Below the pieces are notes generated by a model that did no database searches, was not told where the DNA came from, and worked only from the letters and a program-made list of their open reading frames with translations. This document shows positions 27,307 to 39,461 of a stretch of DNA of 64,000 bases, one piece after another; within the stretch, counting starts at the first letter, position 1; each line of letters starts with the position of its first letter. The position numbers and the translations under genes are program-made. Origin of the DNA: Octopus bimaculoides (taxonomy: Eukaryota); assembly GCF_001194135.2 (NCBI RefSeq), contig NC_068982.1, positions 36,410,597 through 36,474,596 of the forward strand, in the 5' to 3' direction.

Positions 27307-28465
27307 ATGTGAGTGTGTGTGTTCATGTGTGTGTGCATGCATGTGCGCCCCTTTATTTGGAAACGGTCAGTTTGAGGTCATCATTGGTCAGTTGCGATGG
27401 AAACAGGAATTAAGCTAGAGACATTAAAACTTATTTTTCAGTCTATTTCTCTATATACATTCATACACCCACACACACATATATATATATATATACATAC
27501 ACACACACCTACATACATACATACATGTTTTTTACTTTTTGTTGTTGCTTTGTTGGCACCATGTTGCTCTTGGAGACTGATGTCTGAAACCAAACTAGAG
27601 ACAAAATTTTTTTTTCCGTTTATTTCTTTTTATATATACATTCAAACATACATGGACATATACATACACATACATGGACATATACATACACACATACATT
27701 CATACATATGTACATTCATTCATACATACATACATGTGTTTTACTTTATCGTTTCACTGATGCCAAATTTTTTTTAGGGGACACANNNNNNNNNNNNNNN
27801 NNNNNNNNNNNNNNNNNNNNNNNNNNNNNNNNNNNNNNNNNNNNNNNNNNNNNNNNNNNNNNNNNNNNNNNNNNNNNNNNNNNNNNNNNNNNNNNNNNNN
27901 NNNNNNNNNNNNNNNNNNNNNNNNNNNNNNNNNNNNNNNNNNNNNNNNNNNNNNNNNNNNNNNNNNNNNNNNNNNNNNNNNNNNNNNNNNNNNNNNNNNN
28001 NNNNNNNNNNNNNNNNNNNNNNNNNNNNNNNNNNNNNNNNNNNNNNNNNNNNNNNNNNNNNNNNNNNNNNNNNNNNNNNNNNNNNNNNNNNNNNNNNNNN
28101 NNNNNNNNNNNNNNNNNNNNNNNNNNNNNNNNNNNNNNNNNNNNNGGGGGGGGGTATTGTCGGTGTGTATGTGGGGGGCACTGACCGGGGACCCAAGGCA
28201 ATTGCACCTTTGCCACCCCTGTAAATCCAGCAATGCCTGGAGAGGAGCAAAAATGATCACAGCACGGTTTAAACTCATAATATAAAGGGACTTAACAAAG
28301 TATTATCAATTTTTTTTTATTCTATCACAAATAATACTGTGTAACAAGATTAAAATTTTTTTTTTGTCTATGTTAAGTGTTATTTCCTATTTACTTCTAT
28401 CTAGAAATCTAAGGAAATTACTACTATTCCCTTAAAACTTTACTTTTGTGACCTGGACATTAATA

Positions 28466-28894
28466 CATTATTTACATTTGACGGATATTTGTCTTCATCT
28501 TGTTTGTTGTTAACACAATGTTTCGGTAGATATACCTTTCAGCCTTCATCAGGTGTCTTGGGGAAATTTTGAACCTGGGTTCTCATTCCTAAGGTATTTT
28601 TCCATGTTATTATTATTATTATTCAGGTCATATGGCATAGTGGTTAAGAACACGGGCTACTAACCCCAAGATTCCAAGTTCAATTCCAGGCAGTGACCTG
28701 AATAATAATAATAATAATAATAATAACATGGAAAAATACCTTAGGAATGAGAACCCAGGTTCAAAATTTCCCCAAGACACATGATGAAGGCTGGAGGGCA
28801 TATCAACTGAAATGTGTTAACAACAAACAAGATGAGGACAAATATCTGTCAAATGTAAATAATGTACATAATTCCGCATCTCTTAAATATAGAG
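28466..28894 (+). mobile_element. tRNA-headed SINE-like element with (AAT)n linker and hammerhead-like tail, plus 5' inverted copy and 13-bp TSD
   Basis: TSD ctggacattaata (28453-28465 / 28895-28907); inverted arms 28466-28630 and 28694-28864; A box tggcatagtgg 28633-28643, B box gttcaattcc 28678-28687. Confidence 0.88.
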
Positions 28895-29355
28895 CTGGAC
28901 ATTAATATTTAGAAACTGACCTATTTTCCATTACATTTCAGACAGATTCAGCACTGAGTTACTGAAGCAGAAATACTGTTATAGCAAATATTCTGCTCAA
29001 TAATACAGTTTTGCTTGTCAGTTATTTGACCATAACCACTTGAGCGTGTTTCTAAGTGGCTGACAATATGTACATCACTGATCATGAGCAGGAGTAGTGG
29101 CAGAGCATTATAGTCATAAGTTGAGAGGGATTTGTTGGAGTTTGAAGGAAACAGTCATTTTTCATACTTTCTAGGGGCAAGCAAATAGAAAATAACAGTT
29201 ACTACTCAAGGACAAAAATCATGTTACACAGTATAATTCCAACAATCATTTTCAAGTACAGCCCACTCACTTTAAACACACAAAGAAACTATTTCTCACT
29301 ATTTACAAATATTTGATTTTGGAAATAAAAACAACTGTTTTTCAGTTTTACTTAC

Positions 29356-29523
29356 ATCTTTCGAAGACTTCAAACTGTCCAGTTTGGCTCGTAGCGTTTG
29401 GCCAAATTCTGAATTCACTTGTCCAAAATTGTGCACAGCACGCTTTTGAATAAACTCTTGGGCATCAATCAAATGATTAGCAATGTTCTCCACAAGTCTA
29501 TAACGTTCAGCAGGTGACAATAC
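29356..29523 (-). CDS. CAT: Catalase exon: VLSPAERYRLVENIANHLIDAQEFIQKRAVHNFGQVNSEFGQTLRAKLDSLKSSKD
   Basis: 168 nt; acceptor atttttag, probable donor gtaagt after GAT. Read-through would add VSKTEKQLFLFPKSNICK*. Confidence 0.9.
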
Positions 29524-31760
29524 CTAAAAATAATTTCAGAAAATTTTTTTATCTGTTGCAATCATTGACAGTACATCTAGTTGTTCTATAGATAAAATAT
29601 ATTACATGAAACTCAGAAATAGCAACTAAGTTCTTCAATACTAAAAAAAAGAAAAAGAATAAAAGTGATTGAAGAAAGAGAAAAATGAAATCAACATTTC
29701 TGTAAGAGGTAATCTCCCTTATTTATCAATTTCATATGAAGTTATGCTATCTTGTAGGTAATTTCTTTAGTTATGAACACATATTAGTTAATTTGTAAAA
29801 GTTTGTGCTCATTAAAGACAAAAGTGTGTTATATTTTTGAAGATCATTTCCCAGACTATAAAATTTGCCTCTGGAGATGAAAGATCTTTCAATATTCACA
29901 TCTCTGACCATCACTAAATGCTTTATTCTTGGATAAGTGCCAGCGTGAATTCAAAATAGAAAACTTTATTTCTAGACTATAGTAATATAGCTTCTCTGAG
30001 TTATCTAAGTTTCTCCTGTAGATCTCTATCAATTTCCTTGCTTGTGCTATATATATATATATATATATATATGTTCTGCCGTTCCTGACCAAGATGTTTC
30101 ATTTTTCATTAAGGCTTTCTTCTATCTCCATAATCTGAGCTTCAGAGATTGCCTAATTTCTCTCTTATAGGTCTTACTGCAAATAAACAGGATTTTAGAA
30201 ATGCATTTTTTTGTTTTATTTAGCCATTCTTGGATAGGTGTAACTTTGATAAGGGATCTGTAAAGTGTAGTGTTATTTTTAATATTGAATATATCGCAGA
30301 ATTTCTGAACTTCTTCAGAAAGACCCTTATATTAAGCAGTAACATGATGTTTAATTCAACATCTACTTTATGCCTAATAATGACTGTAAGCTTTATTCAG
30401 GATTGTATTTTTCTGGCAACTCATTTCTTCTCTATAAGTTAATAAAATGATTTTAAATGTCTTTGTTTGATATTTTAAACATTTGACAATCCCTTTTTTA
30501 ACATTAAGAACAGGGTAGCTCATGGTTTAATGCTTTATGTACCAGCTGAAACTGCTCTTGATTTCTATGACTTAAAACTTATGGTGTTAAAGTGTTCATA
30601 TTTAAATTAAAAGCTTTCGTTAATAATTTATCAAGTTTTGCTATAAATATCAGCTTAATAATAACAGATTTAGTTATTTCAATGAATCTTTCCGAATTCT
30701 AGTATATTTTCAAAATTAAAGGAAACACATAGTCAGTGTATTTCACAAACAGAGAGGAAACAATACATTTAGTTAAAAGTCTGACTAGTTTCTATTTTAT
30801 TGACCTCTACTATTAGAATAAAAAGTACAACAGATTTTGTAGAATTTGAATTCAATTTAATAATAATAGAGATTTCTATTAGAGACAAAATGGCTACACA
30901 TTTTAGCATGAATAATGGAATAGAATAGCAACAAAAATGAGAATATATGTCACACAACCCAATTACCAACAATATGGACCATTGGATCATAGTAACATCA
31001 GTAAGAGTGAATAACTATATAAAATATTAAAAAAAACTAAACCAACAAAAAACAAGACTTTTAAGAAATAATAGAAATAATAGGCCAGATTACATATGAA
31101 AAATGTCATCCTTGATGACATTTTTCCACAAAGGTCCACCCAGCCTGCTTGTCTCTTCTTCTTCTATCAACATCACAGTGTCTCATCCTAAACTCTTCAC
31201 CCAATCTTTCAGTCTTTCTTCCTTAAAAACCTCTGAAATTCCTTCACCCATCAAAGCTTGTTTTTTTTTTCTTTTCATTTTTTCCCTGCTAACATTGACC
31301 AACAATGGTTGAACATCATTGTCGATCACACCAGTCTGGAATGGTCATAAACATTGACCCTTTTCTTCTGACTAACTTATTAGAAGAAAAAAAAAAAACA
31401 AAAACAAAATCTAGCCTTAACTATTTTCAAATGTAACAAAAATAAGGTTTATGTACAAGGAAAGAGAATTTATATCAATTTCAGAGATTAAATACTGAAG
31501 CTGAAATATAGATTATAATAAGTACAGCCAGTGCATCTGAGATCATATCCTAGACAAATAATTCAGATGCCACATTCCAGAACTATTTATGCAATACTGA
31601 ATGAAACAGAAACAAAGCAAGCAATTATTTAGTTGATTTGATTTAGAGAAAAGTTTTTGACAGATGTATTCAAGCAGACATTGGGAAATGCAGACTAAAG
31701 TGAACATGTAATATTGAATTTCTTCCCCAACTTCTCTCTCTTTCTCTCTCTCTATATATA

Positions 31761-31795
<35 letters not shown>

Positions 31796-33358
31796 CGCGT
31801 GTGTGTAAGAATGTTTGAAAAGACCTTTGAGCAGGGGAGGTGAAGAGCCAGGAAAAGTGTGTAATGTCAAAGAATGAAAATAAAGAGAAAAGATATTGTA
31901 TTCCCCTTACATAGGTTGTTTAATGATCCTATAGTATTTTGGGAAAAAAATTCTTCTGTTCAAATAGGAAAAAGGAAATAATAAAAGAGTTACAACTGGT
32001 AGGTCATTCAGAGAATGTTATTGTTATTGGCAGACCAACAGATGTTCAGCCGATTACAGTTCTCCAAACTCTTTGATTATTTCCATTTTACTTTCTGCAA
32101 AGAGGTATTCCCCACCCCACGAAATATTAGAAATCCTTAAACAATCTATGTACGACAATACAACATCTTTTCTTGTTGTTTTCATTCATTGACATCACCT
32201 TACATATTTTTCCTCACTCTTCACCTCCATGTTTGAACCGAGACTAGAAAGAGCCTGAGCTCAAATTCCGCCAAAACAATTCACTTGTCATTAGTTATTA
32301 GCAAAGAATGTGTACTCAGTATCAGTGGTAATTTTAAGTTCAGAAATATTATAATTATAATCAAATTATTAAATCGTTCAAATGCTGGACTAAAGTACTA
32401 AAGGTCAGAACTCAAACTCTGCAAAAGGTGTTTCCTTATTTCCTTGTCTTAAAAATAGATAAAATTCTTAGGTAAAGCCAAAGATTGGCATTTATGAAAG
32501 AAATCCAGCTTTAAAGTTTGTCCTTTAACAATTCATAACGGGAAAAAATGCATTTGCAAAGGCCACTCATTGATGCAAGCAAAGATAAAAAGTAAAATAT
32601 TAAAAATATAAATGGAAATCCAATCCCTGCCAACATGGAAGATGACTCTAAAATGGATGATGATGAAGTTGATGATGATCATGATGATGACGACAATTAT
32701 CCTTTTTAGCTGTCATGGTCTAGACAAGTATGAGTGATAGCGTTTCTTCACATTGCTTCACTGAAGGTCAGTTCTCTTTAGCTGTTTTTGGGTCAGCCTT
32801 AATATGCTTGTTATAAATATTTATTACTTCACCTCTGTTTCTGTTAACTCATGCCACTGTGACATTTATTCACCCAGTTCTTATTAGCTTTTACAGCATA
32901 TTTACATTGCCACAAGCTTTTTTTTTTTTTTTGCAGTCAGTTACTGCCATCCTTAATTTCAAGTCATTTTCTAGTCCCAGTTTAATGTCTCTGAGACAAT
33001 AAACAAAATAAACAAATAAATAGATAATTAAATAAACAAACATCAAGTGCTCTAATGTTTTCTGGTGTTATTTCAAACAATCTAGATCCATATTAGAGAT
33101 AACAATGATAAGATAATCAACTCTAAACCAATACCTCTATACAAACAGGCTTAAATTTGAAGAAACAAATATTTTTGTTTTGACAATTATCATACCACCT
33201 TGTTTATACTTTGTTTATAAGTAGTTTGAATTAATAATTTCTACTTCACTCTATGGAAACTTAAAATTAGTGGTATTATCTTAGTGTGTGTACTATAATA
33301 TTTTAATTTCATTGTTTTTATTTTTTTAATGTTCTTTTAATATATAAATGTGACTAAC

Positions 33359-33510
33359 CTTCAGCCAAAATGTTTCAACTTGAGAATAGTTGTCAGTGTC
33401 TTCAGTATTGTAACGCTGAACATCTCCAGAAGCTAAAAATGGCTTCTCCACGTATTGAGTATCATCAACAGGGCCAGAAAAACTGTTAGGGTAATAATTA
33501 GGAGCTCCTC
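33359..33510 (-). CDS. CAT: Catalase exon: (G)GAPNYYPNSFSGPVDDTQYVEKPFLASGDVQRYNTEDTDNYSQVETFWLK
   Basis: 152 nt; acceptor tttacacag, donor gttagt; phase 1-0. Confidence 0.95.
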
Positions 33511-34344
33511 CTGTGTAAATAAACAATGAATTGATTTTCATATATAAATATTGCAAATTAAGTTTTAAAGCTTTGTCTGTAGAAACATTTACTGAAAACT
33601 ATTAGTGTGTACAATATCAGTGTACTTAGAACTGATTTTAATTGAGATGAAGTGAACAGATTATAGTAAGACAATCCACCATCATTCTCATTGTTTTAAT
33701 GTCCACTTTTCCATGCTTGCATGGCTCAGGTGGAGCTTACTGAGATTTTCTATGACCAGATGTCCTTCCTTTTGTTAACTCTTACCTGTTTCCAAGTAAG
33801 GTAATATTTCCCCATAGTCAGATATGTTTTCATAGACTATTGGAAACAACTGACATTTATTTATAACAATCACACAATGTCAAGAAAAGGAGATACAAAT
33901 ACACACACACAAGTTTCTTTCATAACTATAATTATAATGTACACCAGAAAACATAAGATCCTCATTAGATCATTCAAGTCAAGCAGTACTTAATATTTTT
34001 TGGTTGAGACAGTCAACATCTTTCCCTTCTAATGTCTTCATATTTTAATAGAAAGGTAGTTCAATTTTGATTTTACCCTACACACTCCATCTGCTTGAAA
34101 AAAAATGAACAGAGTTTATTTGCCAATGGTGTGACGTAAGTGAATTCATAAATCAGCCTAAGTGAATTCATAAATCAGTTGTTGATATTGAGATAGAAGG
34201 TTATTTATAAATATCTATATCTTATCATCTAGGAAGGAGCCCTATAAAAAAATCTACTATTATCAAAAGGCTCAAAGATTCAAGCTAGAGAAAAATGGAC
34301 TCCATCTAGAAAGTTCTAAAAACATCTTACTGGTAGAACTCTGA

Positions 34345-34556
34345 CCCTTTAGCATTTAAGCTGACCATATCTGGCCCAAATATTCTAACCCATTTTGTGT
34401 CCAAATTGCTTAGATCTTGCCTCTCACACCTACAATATCATTATAAAAATGAACAATTACATCATCTAAATTTTGAAGCTATAACGCATGATTAATTCGA
34501 AACAATGTGAATAAATAAGCATTGCATTTGATAGAGTTATCTGAATGCTAAAGGCT
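34345..34556. mobile_element. piggyBac-type MITE copy
   Basis: ccctttagcattt ... aatgctaaaggc-ttaa; same family as 38748-38946 (opposite orientation), 48357-48560 and about 61388-61595. Confidence 0.75.
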
Positions 34557-35453
34557 TAATGACTTTTTAAAGACACATTTGACAAAATCAATGAACAATG
34601 ATTATGATGTATTAAAAATTTCAAGCAAGCTTTTTTCTCTAAAGTATTTTATTTATATTTGATTCACATTTTAATTATTTTTGAAATAAAAGTGCTTTTT
34701 TTTTTTACCTCAATAGCTGTTTGCAAATTTAACCCATTTCAAATATTGGTTTTCAATTAGGCATTACATTTAATTACTAAATCAATCATTTCATTAATTT
34801 TTTACCTTTCCATTTATGTAGTGTCTTGTCATATAGTAAGTGGCTACATTGATAATATAAAATTTGTATATTCTACACACACATCACAAACATCTTAAAC
34901 ACACACACACAAAATAGTCAAAATAATTGTTTCTAGCATAGGTATAAGACTTCAGACTTAAGAGGAGGGAATCCGCCAGTTATATTAGCCCCAGTACTTG
35001 GCTGGTACTTTATTTTATAGACCTCAGAAGGATGAAAGGCAAAGTTGACAATGGCAAGATTTGAACTCACAATGTAAAGAGCCAGAACAAATTACCACAA
35101 AGTATTCTGTCAATCTACAACCCTTGAAATAGTAATAATAATAATAATGATTTCTTTTATTAATAATCCTTTCTACTGGAAGCACAAAGCCTCACATTTT
35201 TGGGGAAGGGATTAAGTTGATTACATTGACCCCAGTACGCAGCTGGTACTTAATTTATCAACCCCGAAAGAATGAAAGGCAAAGTTGACCTTGGCGGAAT
35301 TTGAACTCAGAACGTAATGGCAGACGAAATACCGCTAAGCATTTCACCCGGTGTGTTGACGATTCTGCTAGTTTGCCACTTTATATATTTTAGTAATAAT
35401 AATAGTAATAATAATGATAATAATAATATTAGTTAAGATATGAAACTACTTAA

Positions 35454-35592
35454 CTTGGTTGTCAGTTACACACTGAGGTCCGTCCCTTTGATAGTTGGCT
35501 AAACGGCTTCTAAAAGGACAATTGACTGGTAGCTGGAGATAGTTAGAACCTAAGCGATGCCGATGAGTGTCAGAGTAGGAATACAGGCGACC
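35454..35592 (-). CDS. CAT: Catalase exon with proximal heme ligand: [47 protein letters not shown]
   Basis: 139 nt; acceptor cattaaag. The frame-required donor reads ttaagt, not gtaagt (see findings). Confidence 0.93.
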
Positions 35593-35708
35593 CTTTAATG
35601 ATGTGACAAAAAAGTATTGAATTACATAATTTTATATAAAATTAAATAAAACAGAACTATATATATATATATATATATGTAAAAGGTTGAAGAGGAACAC
35701 ACGAGTAG

Positions 35709-36197
35709 ATATATATATATATGGAAAAAAGACAAAGTAGAAAATGCTAAAATACTTTTATAAAAAACATTTCAGTACCGGTTTTGGCAAATTCAAATGA
35801 AAAGTCTTTTTAAAAACATATTTGTGTAGTATTCAAATACCAGGGGCATTTTTCTTGTTTCTGTCTGTCTCTGTTTCACTTGTTAACTCTTGTGGGTTCG
35901 AGGTTGTTGTGAATTCTTCTTCTTAGCCAAGAATTCACAATGACCTCGAACCCACAAGAGTTAACAAGTGAAACAGAGACATTCAGAAACAAGAAAAATG
36001 CCCCTGGTATTTGAATACTACACAAATATGTTTTTAAAAAGACTTTTCATTTAAATTTGCCAAAATTTAATTTTTCCAAAATTTATTATCCATATTTACT
36101 GTTGAAAAGATCTCAAGGATCGAAACCGATACTGAAATGTCTTTTATAAAAGTATTTTAGCATTTTCTACTTTTGTCTTTTTTCCATATATATATAT
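35709..36197. repeat. Long palindrome with an asymmetric insert containing a decayed hammerhead-like core
   Basis: Loop 35919-35928; the right arm has an extra 36067-36121 segment with CTGTTGA-aaa-gatc(tcaag)gatc-GAAA-ccgat-a. Confidence 0.9.
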
Positions 36198-36852
36198 GTA
36201 TATATATATGCACACACACATACACGTATATGAATTTAAACATGATAGAATAAATTGTTTTTAAAAATTGAAAATAAGAGAATATTGCAGATAATGAAAT
36301 TAAAGAAGCATACATATATAATTTGGCTTTGATCAAAATATAGTAAATGGAGAATGAAAATTCTAAATACATCACATATGATTTGAAATTAGTTATTTAA
36401 TTATAATGACACGAATGTTGAAAAATCCAATTAACATATATTCCCACTAAATTACTTTTCTTAAATATAGACTAATGAAGTTAACATATTTTAGTAGAGA
36501 ATTTAAACATATTAGTCTTGTATTGTAAAAGTAATTTTTATTTCATTGCAAATATAATTATGAAAAAATGGGGAAGATTGATGTTATTACTATCCATACA
36601 AGTAGTATTTAGTCCTTATCATATTGCAAATAAAATAGTTGTTGAAAAACTACTCTTTAATCAGCTAATTTATCCAATCTCCTAAAAATGTAAAAAGAAT
36701 AGAATTAAAGACAAGTGATACAAGACGAATTTCCGTTCTCTGACATTAACTCAGTTGGAAGCTAACGGCATCATTTTTGTTCCTAGCTTCTTTTAACATC
36801 ATTACCATATAATACAGTTTTTCTTAGTCAACATAACAAGAAAGTATAAACC

Positions 36853-36997
36853 AGCTATGGGCAAACTGCATCCTGCAAGACTTTCTGAATGGCATGCCCA
36901 CAAAAAATTACCTTGAATTATTATAGTAGTGTGGCCTGACTGATGCTAAGTCATGTCTCATGCAGCCTGTTTCTCAAAAAAGGTTGCTCATGTCTCA
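36853..36997. mobile_element. Degenerate hAT-Charlie-like MITE
   Basis: Termini cagctatgggcaaact / aggttgctcatgtct. Confidence 0.55.
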
Positions 36998-37149
36998 TAA
37001 ATTATCCCTGGACTCTCAGTCTTTCTTTATGCAGCAACTATATACATCATAGCAGTTTAATAGTGAAACTATATCTGGTCATTATGAAAATGGTTAAGAA
37101 GTAGTAATTGCATCCTATTGGCTTTCTAAACACTAAAAACTGGGTTTTT

Positions 37150-37650
37150 GTTTTTCAATAGTGGAGCATGGTAAGACAAAGTTTCACAAGGAAGGTGAAT
37201 GCTACAAGTCAGCCACTGTAAGGAAGAAGAATGAGGAGGTCTATGTTGACCTTGATGGTAAATATCCCACTTTTTACCATCAAAAGACCTGATCTTGTCA
37301 TATGGTGCAAAGAAAGAAAGGTGGCAAAGATGGTAGAGCTGACAGTTTTCTGGGAAGTGAATATTGAAGACACTTTTCTCAGGAAAGACAGAAAATAAAG
37401 GACTTGGTTGAACTCTGTGAAAACAATGGATGGGAGGCAATATGCCTTCCTGTAGAAATAGGTGTTAGAAGATTTGTTGGAACCAGAGTTCATTCAATTC
37501 TCAGGAGTTTTGAACTAGCTATGGAGGAGACAAAAGATGCTTCCAGAAAATTGTCAAAAGCCTAAAATTAATGACTTTATTACTACTATACACAACATAA
37601 AAATATTGTTTTGCTGAGATCTGCTCAATCAGGGCTGACCAGGGGTTAAG
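37150..37650 (+). mobile_element. Hero-like non-LTR retrotransposon, restriction-like endonuclease remnant
   Basis: TIKRPDLVIWCKERKVAKMVELTVFWEVNIE (from 37276), then frameshifted DLVELCENNGWEAICLPVEIGVRRFVG. Confidence 0.8.
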
Positions 37651-37748
37651 TAACAATATATATATATGGTTATTCTTTATTTGCTTAACATAAAAAAACT
37701 TTAAAATTCTCTGAGATAAGTTATATCTTCTTAATGGAGGCTACTTAC

Positions 37749-37901
37749 CTGTAACATTTTATCTGGGCTTGGTTCTATTCCTGGAATCATATGTGCAGGT
37801 GAGAAAGCAATCTGTTCAACTTCAGCAAAATAATTTTTGGGATTGGTGTCAAGAACCATGCGTCCAACAGGTATTAGTGGATACTCACTATGGGGCCAGA
37901 T
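37749..37901 (-). CDS. CAT: Catalase exon: [51 protein letters not shown]
   Basis: 153 nt; acceptor aatttag, donor gtaagt. Confidence 0.97.
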
Positions 37902-38747
37902 CTAAATTATTCAGGAAAACAAAACAAAAAAATAATGGCATTCTCTTGGATCAATTTTCACAAAATCATTGAAATAACATTGTACCTAATTCTGAAACCT
38001 TTGATGTTTTTGGCACACAGCAACATCTTTACTTATCTCTGAATCAACCAAACACAGAAATTAATATGTCCTATTATTTCTTAATGTCATAAATTGTCTA
38101 AGGATCTATGTTATATTCACACACAATTGTTCTGAATTTTACCTCTTTTCAAGCACTTTACTATTTTAAGTTCACAGTACAATATGAGAATTACATACTT
38201 TCTTTTTACACTTCACAAAGTTAATAAGGATAACCTCAGGCTACCCTTATTAACTTTGAAAGATATTTTATCTAATGTATGGACAGTATTTTAATGATAG
38301 TCTATTGGTCCAAGAAATATGATTTTGCAATTTCTTCCTTTAACAACCTGCACAGAACATTTGTTTACAGTGATTAAATGTTTGTGCTGCACATAAGCTC
38401 ACTCCCTCCATCATATCAGCATTACCTTTACAGGTGCATGGCATGCCGTATGTCAAATGTCAAAGCAATTGCTGAGCAACTTGAAATGAAATATTTTGCT
38501 CAAGAACACAATGCACCACTTAGTCTGGGAATCGAACCCATAATATTATGATCATGAGTGCAACACCCTAACCAATAGGTCATGAGCCTCCACAATGGAT
38601 GATATGTAAGTAGATATGTAAGTTACAAAATAGGAGCACTGGAATAATATTGGCAACCAGTGATGGTGTTTAGGTGAAAAAAAAATTGACGAAACACAAA
38701 AATGTGTCAGACAATCATGTCTGCAGAACTACTGGAAAATATTTTAA

Positions 38748-38946
38748 CCCTTTAGCATTCACATTATTCTATCAAAAGTAATGCTTATTTATTCACATGG
38801 CTTTGAATTAATCATGCATTATCTTGTAGCTTTGAGATTTTTAGAATGAAATTGTTGGGTAGGTGTGAGAAACTGGATCTGGCTTGTTTGAACATAAAAT
38901 GGGTAGAATATTTTGGCAGGGTATGGCTAGTTTAAATGCTAAAGGG
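38748..38946. mobile_element. piggyBac-type MITE, 199 bp
   Basis: ttaa|ccctttagcatt ... aatgctaaaggg|ttaa: TTAA TSD and CCC/GGG ends. Confidence 0.9.
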
Positions 38947-39182
38947 TTAATGGAACTTAATTGTACATGAAAGTTTATTGTATTGTTTATGGTCTTTTTC
39001 TATAAATAAACATTAATATAACTAAGTTTAGAGCTGACTCATACTAGTATTCTCGACAGAAGAGAATCTTTGTTAAAAAATAAATTCAGAGATTAATAAA
39101 AAAATATTCCAGAGGAAATTTTCAGAAACGAAAATAATAACTGAAGAAGCAATGATATATATAGACAAAGAAAATTCCTTAC

Positions 39183-39374
39183 TTTAGTTAAATCAAATGG
39201 GTTCCATCGGAAGTTTTCAGCTTCTTTAAATGTCATCACTTGAATGTACAGAGTCCATGATGGGAAATTACCAGTCTCAATTGCATTGTGTAAGTCTCTG
39301 ATGGCATAATCTGGGTCACTTGCTGTCAGATTGGCTGCTTCATCAGCCATTAAATTCTTTATACCTTGATTTGT
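39183..39374 (-). CDS. CAT: Catalase exon: [64 protein letters not shown]
   Basis: 192 nt; acceptor tatattag, donor gtaagg; overlaps ORF 39093..39350. Confidence 0.97.
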
Positions 39375-39461
39375 CTAATATAGTTTGGTAATTTGGATAA
39401 AAGAAAAAGGAAGAGTATAAGAACAATGATATTCAATCTGAACTAATTTATAAAAGAAATA

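Noticed and set aside
28626-28698. Functional tRNA gene
   Set aside because: It has A/B boxes but mismatched stems, and it is embedded in a TSD-bounded repeat, so it is a SINE head.
29114-29170. Stop-codon read-through of KV* giving KMTVSFKLQQIPLNL* as a cryptic PTS1
   Set aside because: The extension runs into what looks like a dispersed repeat, LNL is not a good PTS1, and the TGA context (TGA-A) is not read-through-type.
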